Shown here: positions 1 through 9,710 of the stretch, one piece after another
How positions within the stretch are numbered: position 1 is the first letter of the stretch
Layout of the letters: each line of letters starts with the position of its first letter
From: Podarcis gaigeae
Taxonomy: Eukaryota
Assembly: GCA_964106915.2 (NCBI GenBank)
Contig: OZ066928.1
Length of the DNA stretch: 64,000 nucleotides
Strand: one strand, 5' to 3'
Notes under the pieces: generated by a model
What the model saw: only the letters and a program-made list of their open reading frames with translations
Database searches by the model: none
Told to the model about the DNA's origin: nothing
Made by a program: the position numbers and the translations under genes

Positions 1-699
1 TGGGGGGGAGGCGATGGTGATGAGGAGGAACAAAGCCAAATCTGGCCCATAGCAGTGAGGAAGGGGGGATGATGACAAAACATTAATTAGGGCTTGAACT
101 ATATTTTGAGTAATTTTTGCTTTCAATTAGCTGTAATTAAATACTCACAGAATACGAATTAGGTCATACATTATGTAAACAGGATGAGATGTCCACTAGT
201 TGTAGCTATCCTTGCAAGACCTTAAGGATGTGATTTCGTAACATACATAAATGATCTCAGTCTCACTCATACTTTCTCATTTGTCTGTTCAGACCTTTAA
301 ACCTCCCCTATAAATAAATTCATATAAGACTCAAATTTTGGTTTGGTTTTTGGCAAAATTTAGGCCACAACTTCATTGATTACAGCAAGTGAGTGGTTGA
401 ATAGGCTCTGGTTCGACTAGCTCCCTGCCATGCAGGTAGCACTGACGCAGGGTTCCAGCATAGGTCAGCCAAGGCTGAATACCTGGATTAGTGGAAAGCC
501 GGGAACAGGCTATCTCCGCCACCCGAATGTCCCCCTAGACTCAGACACTGGCACAACCCCCTCTCAGGGGTTGACCAAACCATTGAGTCCCTGAATTCCT
601 TTAACGGAATACCCTTCACATAGGGAAGGGTATCACCTGAACCAGAGTCTATCCACCACACGAACACCCGCGCTCACCACCAACCACTCACACCTGTAA

Positions 700-1195
700 A
701 CAATCCCTTAACTCCGCTGACACGGAGGTCAGCCATAAATCATTCCCAACCACAGACAGATTAACCCCATCAAGCCTGTAAAGGCCAGAATCTTCTTGGC
801 CACTGCGCTCTGCACACGCCTCCTGGCCCTCTCAGTGGCAGCTGGGCAATGACTTCCTCTCCATTCACAACACTGCAGGAGTTGCGACCAGAAAACTTTG
901 AGCCCAGGGAGAGCTGCTTTCAACTCCTCCAAGTCCTCCTGCACGTGGGTCTACAGGCTTAAGCCGGGAGCTTCTGACAAATCGTTCTCACCCAGCTGCA
1001 CCACCATCACCGCAGGCGTGTCTTCCCCAGACATCTTCACCCGCACTGTCAGGAGAAGCTCCTCCCAATGCATTCCTCGTCTGGACACCCAAGAGACGCC
1101 CACGTGGCCTGCGTCCGAATCCAGACTCCTCCACCCTCTTGCTGGCCCAGTGGACAATGCTGTGCCTGACTATCCAGATGTGCAAGGTGGGCGGA
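700..1195 (-). pseudogene. SGNH/GDSL hydrolase-like ORF of a Ngaro-type element, disrupted
   Basis: Spread over several frames: IWIVRHSIVHWA (block I-like), RRGMHWEELL (block II), VVQLGENDL (block III GxND), WSQLL and LYRLDGVNLS (block V, His replaced by Asn). Contains frameshifts and a stop. Confidence 0.8.
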
Positions 1196-1231
1196 CCTAG
1201 GAATGAACAAAACAACATTAGGAACTGCACC

Positions 1232-2120
1232 TCAGCGCCACTTCCGAACATAACTCTTATATGCTTCAGATTTCCAGTGAGCCAGATCATTAATCCTGTT
1301 GACGGACAGGCCCCAATGCGCAGCGGTAGTAGCTGCCCCAATGCGAGAGGAGTGAGGTGCAAACTTACTGGCCGACAGGCTGCACGCTGCCAGCGCCTTG
1401 CACATTACTGCAGCAAATTGATGCCTCCTTAGCAAGGACCCATCCTCATGAACCAGGAAGGGACCATCCCCAGGTGGGCAAAGTGACAGATATTTCTTGG
1501 CATCCTTAACCAGACAAGGGCCGGGCTTACCAGTGGCAGGCAGTCTCATCAAGGCACCTCTGCCCAACTGGTCAGTTTTTGAATTGCGAATAGTGAGCAC
1601 CAGCTCAGCATCAGACAGCTGAACATCCTGCAAAAGCAAGCCCCTGGGAGCCCTTCCCTGTGCTGACTCCACCACCACTTCACCCACACGCAGTGCACCA
1701 AAAAAGGCAATTGAAAACGCTGCTGAAAAGAGTCTCGCCTCATAAGTAGACCAGCAAATTAGCTTCAGCTTGCTGCACATAGCACAAAGAATATAAAATG
1801 TGACCAGCCTCCTGCCTGGAGCCCTAGGTGGCTGCGATCTGGCCCAGCCCTCCGGAGCCTTGCCCACCACAAAGTTTGTACAAGGGTCCCTGGAATAAAG
1901 GGACTTACAGAAAAACGAAATGGCAGACGACTGAATTCGGATGGACTTCACTACACGACCCATAAAATGCAGGTGAGCCAAATACTGCAACACTTGCTGT
2001 GTGCTAAGACTGGTCACGAACGTTGCTCTGAAAGCTAAAAAGCATCCAGACCTTCTTATAAGACCTCAAGGTGGAAGGAGAAATAGAAGCTACCACCCCC
2101 TGCAAAACTAGCTGTTGCCA
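1232..2120 (-). pseudogene. Tyrosine recombinase of a DIRS/Ngaro element; 261 open codons (1232-2017), N-terminus separated by a frameshift near 2035
   Basis: Motifs AFFGALRVGE (R), RNSKTDQLGRG (K), PHSSRIGAAT (HxxR) and LAHWKSEAYKSYVR (W...Y). An upstream frame reads VVASISPSTLRSYKKVW, a typical YR N-terminus. Confidence 0.9.
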
Positions 2121-2164
2121 AGGTTCCAAAGTTGAACCGGGAAATATTCCGGAAACCACTGGGG

Positions 2165-2280
2165 AACCTGAGCCAGGGATCTGAAGCGCTCCATCTGAGA
2201 ACAGGATAGGGCATCAGCGATATTGTTATTGGTGCCAGGAATAAAACCAGGCAGAAAACACAATATTAAATTTGAGGGAC
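2165..2280 (-). pseudogene. C-terminal remnant of DIRS-type RNase H
   Basis: With one frameshift it reads LKFNIVFSAWF/IPGTNNNIADALSCSQMERFRSLAQ, matching the HIPGxxNxxADALSR..FR motif. Confidence 0.75.
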
Positions 2281-3060
2281 TCTCTGCAAGTTAAAATTGG
2301 CTCCAAGAATTTCCAAGCCCTGCCGCTACAGCCACAGCCGGGGAAAGGGGTGAGCCACTGCACAAAGCCGTCTTGCCAATTAACGGCAGCAGCAGGCTCA
2401 CCAAGCTCGAAGGGCCAAAGCCCTGTGGGGCAAAAGCCCCTCAAGGGGGGAAGGGAAAGGGAAGGGAAAGGGAAGGCAAGGATGGGGATTATTGGGAGGG
2501 AATACTGACTAAAGGAAAAAGCAGGGGAAAAGAAAAGTGGAATAATGGAAACAGATCACCATGCAGAATCATCGAAGGAAGATCGCTCTCTCTCTCGGCT
2601 CACAGTGGACACGTTGCTGGTGTTCCGATGCACACACCAAAAGAGGAATCTCTGGGTTACCTGCATAGGTGTATATATAGGTCCCTTGATCCGTTTAGCC
2701 TGCATCCCATTGGCCTGATTAAACCCAGCATCAAGGGAACTTCCAATTGGGTGTTGTGGCTAACCAATCATCCCCACCCACAACATAGGGTTTGGTTGCC
2801 AGGTCTTACCGCAGCACGTGCCCTCTTTAACACCCAGTTGATCACTGCACTCTGCAGGAGAGGTCAGCCTGCAGGTGACATCTTACCAGGAAGCCTGCTA
2901 TATACATTGTAGGACTATGAAATTAAGAAGATCCTGCTGGATGAGGCCAAATACCCATCTAGCATTTGGTTACTTTTTAGTGATGGCCTTTTATATGTTT
3001 TTAGCTTTTTTATAATATCTGTGTTGTTTTCATTGGGTCCCAGTCTGGGGGAAAGGCAGG

Positions 3061-3063
<3 letters not shown>

Positions 3064-3116
<53 letters not shown>
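3064..3116. repeat. (AAT)n microsatellite
   Basis: Direct inspection; it produces the poly-Ile ORFs. Confidence 0.98.
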
Positions 3117-3117
<1 letters not shown>

Positions 3118-3944
3118 CTATTGACCACTCTGGCCCTGTTCCAGCTATTTTGCAATCATTTTGCAGTGGTTCTTGTGCTAAAGATGTACTACTTAGGTAT
3201 TTCCTTTCATTAATAACATTTGTTTGGGGAGGGGTAAAAAACCAAGTGATATTTCGCATTTGAACTTAGGAAGGGAGAACCTTCAGGAAGTTTGGGTTAG
3301 ATTGTGGGTTTGTGATGAAGCTGGTAGTTGTGTTGCAAAACTGGACCTGATTGTGCTCCAATGGATCAATGGTCTGGCTCTCAATAAAGTATCTTCCTCT
3401 TTTCTCTGTTTCTTGGAAAATACATTGGAAAGTGTTGGTTTCTGACCACAAAGGCTGGGGGGAATGATTGGCATTTCATTGTCTTTTTTAAAGTTTCAGT
3501 AGCAGTTTGTGGGTGTTGCACCATGCAGACATCGTGTTATTTAACGTCTCTTTAGCATTGTGATTCTGGCTGATTCTTAAAGAACAATAATAAAGCAAGG
3601 ACAAAAACAAATGCCTTGCTCCGTATTTAGAGTACTTTCTTCTTTTCTTCTTCTCATAATCAGTTATGCCAACCTCTGCATTGTTTTCTGTATTACTGCT
3701 TCTACTCCTACTCCTAAACAATTTATTTTAGCACCAAGTGTGCTCAGTGCAGGACAAGAAAGCAGAGCAGATACAATACACACAGCTGCAGACATCTCTT
3801 GCATATTGTATCCCTGAAATTCTCTACTTAAACAGAGAGACTTTGGTTTCTCTTGATTCACTAAGTGGAGGGATATGAAAAATAAAGTACTTCCACAACC
3901 GAGAGATAGTTGGAATAGGGTGCACAAATACTAAAAGACGACTG

Positions 3945-4465
3945 ATGACTAGAGAAGATTGACAGCAATACATGATAAAAGGATCTAGGGGTCTTAGTAT
4001 GTCACAAGTTTAACATGAATGAACAGTGTGACGCAGCAGCAAAAAAGCTAATGCTATGCTAGGCTACATCAACAGAAGTTAGTATCCAGATCAAGAGCAG
4101 TAATAGTGCCACTCTGTTTTGCCTTGGTTAGACCACATTTGGATATTAACAAGCTGGAATGAGTGCAGAAGAGGTTGACCAAAATGATCAAGGATCTGTA
4201 GACCTAGCCTTATGAAGAATGGTTGAGGAAGTTGGGTATGTTTAGCATAGAAAAGAGGAGAAAGGAGATATAATAGCTAACTTATCTAAAGGGCTGTCAC
4301 ATGGAAGATGAAGCAAGCTTGTTTTCTCCTGCTCTGGAGGGCAAGACCAGAAAGGAAATTCCAACTAAACAGGAAGAAATTTCTGACAGTAAGAGCTGTT
4401 TGACAGTGGAACAGGCTTCCATGACGGTGAGGGACTCTCCTTCCTTGGAGGATTTTAAGAAGGGG
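3945..4465 (+). mobile_element. CR1 LINE 3' fragment, degraded
   Basis: Degenerate KDLGVLV.HK.NM..QCDAAAKKANA.LG.INRS...SR.VIVPL..ALVRPHL, followed by CR1 ORF2 end-like sequence. Confidence 0.85.
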
Positions 4466-4477
4466 GCACGTGTGCGT

Positions 4478-4511
4478 GCACACACGCACGCACACACACA
4501 CACACACACAC
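4478..4511. repeat. (CA)n microsatellite
   Basis: Direct inspection. Confidence 0.9.
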
Positions 4512-7500
4512 GCTTTTGTGTGCAGCTTGCAGGCTTCAGTTCAGCCCAGGAGCTGGCTGCAAATTATACCACAGACACTCTGAAGGGTCTGCCCTCCTCT
4601 GCTCCCTATTCCCAGTTAACCTTGGTCTCCATCACGGGGACCCTTCCCATGACATCACAAGGGGCTGCCCCCTAAGTCTCATGTTTGGGCCTTGAAATCT
4701 TAAGGTCTGGGCTGTTGTTGACCTGGCAACCCTAATTAGGATGCTCTTAATTGAAGGATGAGGCAGCGGCAGAAGATTTGTTGGTTCATTTATAATTTAT
4801 TTTTCTATATAAAAATAAAAATCCATAAGTGGATTATATACGCCTTTATTTCCTTGCCAACTTTTAGGAGCCCACACCAGCTGTTTATTGATGAAGGGGG
4901 TTAGGTAATTTTTTTAGGTTAATGTCTTCTTCCTCATGTAGCCCATTGTGCAGTAAAAAGAAGAGAAAATTCAGCTTACACGATTACACACACACTCCCT
5001 CCCTCCCCCCCCCTCTGCTGGTGTGAGTATTCTTTAACGTTCCAGCTTGTAAACATATGCTTGTGTCTGTCTGTCTTCATTACTCTTATAATAGAGAAGG
5101 TCTTCCTTCGTTTTTATTACCAGTAGAGATGGATTTGGAATTCTTTGTTGTTGTTGCAGTGCACATGCCTTGCAGTTTCCTTATAAATGAGCCACTCACT
5201 GTGGAAAAGAAGTAGGTCACTGTGGAGACACTTCCCAGCAAAAAAAAAAAAAAAAGCCTAATTTTGTACAAAAGTAATGAAATAGTGTTTTCTTCCTTTT
5301 GCTTTAGTGAGGGCTCCCCTCCTCTTTTCAAGACTGCATTTTATTCAGATCACTGGATTGAAGGGAGTTGGTGGTGGGAGGTGAAACCAAATCTATGCAT
5401 GCCAGAAGCTGTAGAAAAGGAATATATGTTGTGTGTGTCCCTCCCCCTCCCCATTCCTCAAGCCCCTTTGAGTTCTGGGAGGGGAGTTTCAGCCTTGAAA
5501 AATTTGTAGTCCTGAAGCCATTGCAAACAGCAGTGATTAGCTCCGTGTTCTAATGAGTACACAAAGCTGGATTGTGAATGTGCCAGTGGACTCTTTGTGA
5601 AACCTTGGCCTTCACATAATCCTTTATGTGAGGCCTGCTTTTTACACAGAGCTGGCAATTTAAATCTAATTTACACTAGTCTGGGCACTGCGCCTCCTCA
5701 CACTGGCAGTACCACTAATCAATGAAGTTGACATTCGTTTGCAGTTCGGAGCCCCTCATCTGCAGCTCGTTTTTGCTATGTTGCATATTCTAAAGACAGA
5801 CTAAATCTTCAGCTCATGAGCAGCGTTGGATTCCGTGGCTTGGAATTAGTGCATAATAAACAGAAAACATATTATAAGTTCAGGGGATGCACGATGATCT
5901 TCAACAAAACTAACACCAGCATATCCTTTAATGATAGTTTTCTAGGTAAACTAAACATGTGAGAGGTTAGTGGTAGGAAGGAGGAAACTGGTGTCTGAGA
6001 GCCATCAAATAACTTTCTTTGCTGTGCAGAAAGTATTTCCTAGGTGGAAAGGAAGGCCTTCTGGACTGTATACAATTCTTTGTATCCAGCATTATCCATT
6101 TTGCCTTCTTACATATCCTTTATTTTTCTCTCCTGTATTGTTGTTTGTTATAATTTATTTGTTTATTAACATATTTTTGATTCCACCTTACATCAAAGGG
6201 ATCGCCTTAACCCTTATATCCCAATTCACTGAAATAACCTGCAGGAGCATTGTTTTCGTTGTTGTTCATGAGGCTCATTTGACATCAATGCAAAATAGAG
6301 CCTTTGGTGTCATTTGCTCAGTCAACAGACACCCTCTGTGTCAACCTCTAAATGCCTGCTGAAAACTTTTCTGTTCCTCCAAGGCTGTGTACACAATTAA
6401 GAATATATCCTTCCACAATAGTTAATTGGTCTCTGTTTTAAACTCTTTGATTTTTTAATGGTTTTTATGGAATGGTTGTTTTTTTTTTAAAATGTTTTAC
6501 TGCTGTAAACTGCTTTGATTTCTTTTTATGACATGGTGACATGTAAATTTTTTTTTACATATAAATAAATAACAAAGAAATTGATCTTAATGTGGGTTAT
6601 AAGAATACATTTCAAGAGTTGTTACAGTAATGAAACAGGAACAGATGAAATAAACAAATAACAATCTTAAAACCACAGAGCACCTGACTGCCCTGTTATT
6701 TCACAATGAACAATTAATAAAAATAATAAATTATTTGTAACCTGTCCTCCTGACTGGATTGCCCCAGCATTGTAGCCGCAAGTGAGAGCAAAAATCAGCG
6801 TCGTAGCTGCAGTGAGAAACAGCGCCAGCCATGTAACTTAACTGTGCTTGTGCAGTTGTGTAAAAACCCGAGAGGAATGACAGCAATTGGCATGGAGCTT
6901 CTTAGGCAGAGCATAAGCTTTATGGAAAACTGCTGCCTTTTCGTGTGGTTGGGTTTAGTCTGCTAAGGTGAGTCCTGGTTCCACAGCAGATCCCCATAAA
7001 AAAATCAGTTTCACAATAAGGGATTGACTACCAACCCCTGACGTTTCTGTAGTATTATTGCATATCCTTTTTGCCCCCTCTGAGCAAGCAAGCTGTGAGA
7101 CAGGCAAAGAGAAAGGAGGGATATCTGCTGCATGCCTTGTTCTCGCCTTTTAGGAAGTGGTGCTGTGGTTGAACCACCACATAGCCTGCTCCCCAGAGAA
7201 TGCAACCAATCAATGGCATCTTGCCAGGAAACATGATTTTATTTAGGCAACAACATTTCCCAGCTAGTCTTTTGAGTAGCAGGAAACTGTGTTTTGAATG
7301 ATCTGTGATCAAAGTGCGGGGAACGTCATAGATATGATGCAAGTTCTTAAGATTAACTAAACAATGTTTTGTAAAGTTGGTACCATCATGGTTTGTTCTG
7401 GATGTTAAGCTCAGTTGTGGTTTGGTGTCGTTCCCCCCCCCTTCCATTGGTGTGGCTGCAAAAAGATCAGGTGTGTTTGCATGCTTTTGAATCTACTGTA

Positions 7501-8695
7501 TTGGTCCCGAACCCTAAACTATGGTTAACCTTAGCAGTGGTTTGTTGAAAGAAGACAGCTACATACACAGTATCTTTAATTAGGCTTGTGTCCATAAACT
7601 ATAGTTAAGATTAATCCCAATTATCTGGATTTGGACATAACATCATGGTTAGTTAACAAAAGCCTCAAATCTTATTGTGACCAGAGGTTTAAAGGAGGAA
7701 GTGGAGCTGGAGAACCTAAGACTCACATAATGCTAAACCATATAATGTGTTCAAAAGCAGCCAATACCAGAGAGACTTCCGGTCGGCGCCAGCGCTTAAT
7801 GGCGGCTCTCTCTCTCTGTTCTCCGGGGAGAGGGCTGCTCCACGAGTTCGGGTCTGACCGCTACGGCGAAGCGGGGACCCCTAAAATCACAGGCGCGGAA
7901 GCCTGTGAACAAGGAGACTCGGTGGGCACCATTTGCGCCCCCCTTTACTGCAAAAGAGCCTTTTTAAAGGCTCCGGAGGAGCATCGGGGGATCGCGCGGT
8001 GCTGAGAGTCACTACCCAGCCCGTGGAGTGAAGCCGCGTCGCCATAGGCGGAGAGCGTTGATTCCTTCCTGAAATTTGGTCTGAAAAAGAGCACCCGTAA
8101 GTAAGATTGGATACCTTACTGGGATTACAAACAAAAACCTTTAAAATTTGGCTGAAAACGGGGACGGTAAATAAAGGAAGTCTGCCTCCCCCGGACTGCA
8201 TGATTGCTAAAGCAACGGAACTAGGAAGCTGCAATTGAAAATTTACTCTGAACTTTTTGGATTGGGCTAACCCTAACACTGAAGTTAATTTTCCCCCCTT
8301 GTAAGCAGGATCAGGGGGGGAAGAAGTAGAAGAAAAGGTAACCTGCATAAGGGAGTTTAAAAGGAAAATTTCCCGCAGTCTCTGACTCTGGGAACGGACT
8401 GCTTGGGTGAAGCACTTTGACAGGAACTGTCAGATCACCTTTGTTTTAAAGTGGACTTTATTGGATATAACTTTTGAGACTTTGTGAAATAACATTGTTG
8501 CAACTAAAAGACTGATAGACTTTTTAAGAAACTTTTCTCCTCTGAGGGCTGTTGGATTCTTTGTTTCCTTTGCTTACTGGACACATTGATGCTCCCTCTA
8601 GAGGGCTGAAGGTAACAGTTGCAACATAGGCTTTAAAAAGAAAGTCACTGGATTTTTCCATTGTAAACCTGTTCCTGTGAGAACGACCTTGGGAC

Positions 8696-9031
8696 ATGAG
8701 CGGCCCTGTAGACGAAATAGCAACAAGGTCTAAAGCTAAAGCTGCACAAAAGAAAAGGGGCTCGCTATCAGGACTACCGCCAACAGGTGCAGCAGGACAG
8801 GAAAAAGGAATAACAGCATTCATGGATTCAGTGACACAGGCATTACTTAAAATAAATGAATCTCTAGAAAATTTGACTAAGCAGAGTACGGAAAATACTA
8901 AACAATTGACAGAACTTACAGCAAAATTAGACTTAAATACCAAAAGTATTACATCTAATACAGAGACTATAAATAAACTGGTGAGACAGGAAAATTGGGT
9001 TCCAGGTGGAAAAATCGAAATTAGAAACTGA
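8696..9031 (+). CDS. Truncated L1 ORF1 N-terminus (coiled-coil-like), running through the deletion junction at ~8985
   Basis: ATG at 8696 after a ~925-bp 5'UTR; heptad-like LLKINESLENLTKQSTENTKQLTELTAKLDLNTKSI. Confidence 0.65.
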   Translation: MSGPVDEIATRSKAKAAQKKRGSLSGLPPTGAAGQEKGITAFMDSVTQALLKINESLENLTKQSTENTKQLTELTAKLDLNTKSITSNTETINKLVRQENWVPGGKIEIRN

Positions 9032-9710
9032 ATTGTTAGAATCCAATACTAAGAACTTATCAAAGATGTATAACTTGCTGTTGAAGTGGAATACAATTGA
9101 TGAAACTGTTAAATCAGCAATGGTTAGATGGGCACAGGACCTAGGACATGACATTATGTTCGCTGACTGGGAACAGTTGTGGACCACAGGTATAAAATTT
9201 ACGGCTTGTAATGCCTTAAGAGAAAACATTATGAAAATGATTTATAGGTGGTACATGACCCCAGTCAAGTTTGCTAAGATTTATCATTTGCCCAATAATA
9301 AATGCTGGAAATGTAATGAGACTGAAGGTACCTTCTTTCACCTTTGGTGGACCTGCCCGAAGATTAAAGCTTTCTGGGAAATGATTTATAATGAAATTAA
9401 GAAAGTACTCAAATGTACTTTTCATAAGAAACCAGAGGCATTTCTTTTGGGTATGGTGGGCCAACTGGTGCCAAGGAGGGACAAGATCTTTTTTATGTAT
9501 GCCACAACGGCAGCAAGGATTCTACTAGCAAAGTATTGGAAGACACAAGAGCTACCCACGCTGGAAGAATGGCAGGCGAAAGTGATTGACTTCATGGGAC
9601 TGGCAGAAATGACCGGCAGAATCCACGACCAGGAGAAAGAAACTGTGGAGGAAGACTGGAAGAAGTTTAAAGTATATCTTAAAAATCGTTATAAAATTGA
9701 GGAGTGTTAA
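8985..9710 (+). CDS. L1 ORF2 C-terminal domain with CCHC zinc knuckle; no EN or RT
   Basis: Open frame from 8985, after a TGA at 8982. Motifs KMIYRWYMTP, CWKCNETEGTFFHLWWTCPKIKAFW, TAARILLAKYWK and DWKKF. Confidence 0.9.
   Translation, partial: DRKIGFQVEKSKLETELLESNTKNLSKMYNLLLKWNTIDETVKSAMVRWAQDLGHDIMFADWEQLWTTGIKFTACNALRENIMKMIYRWYMTPVKFAKIYHLPNNKCWKCNETEGTFFHLWWTCPKIKAFWEMIYNEIKKVLKCTFHKKPEAFLLGMVGQLVPRRDKIFFMYATTAARILLAKYWKTQELPTLEEWQAKVIDFMGLAEMTGRIHDQEKETVEEDWKKFKVYLKNRYKIEEC

Larger units (their letters stand above)
290..2900 (-). mobile_element. Ngaro/DIRS-like tyrosine-recombinase retroelement, degenerate and internally deleted; boundaries approximate
   Basis: Minus-strand order is an RNase H C-terminal remnant, a tyrosine recombinase and an SGNH hydrolase-like ORF. 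A TATA-like TATATATA lies near 2675 and a pyrimidine-rich leader at 2445-2545. No gag or RT motif was seen. Confidence 0.8.

Noticed and set aside
1232-2017. Phage integrase or bacterial contamination
   Set aside because: The motifs and the flanking RNase H and SGNH remnants are of eukaryotic DIRS/Ngaro type, and the context is vertebrate DNA.
290-2900. Split direct repeats or ITRs of the YR element
   Set aside because: Comparing the two ends by eye showed no convincing match, so terminal structure is not claimed.
7887-8943. Antisense ORFs (153 and 139 aa) in the L1 5' region as an ORF0 analogue
   Set aside because: No recognisable motifs. Open antisense frames are common opposite GC-rich UTRs and coding frames, and one copy cannot support the claim.
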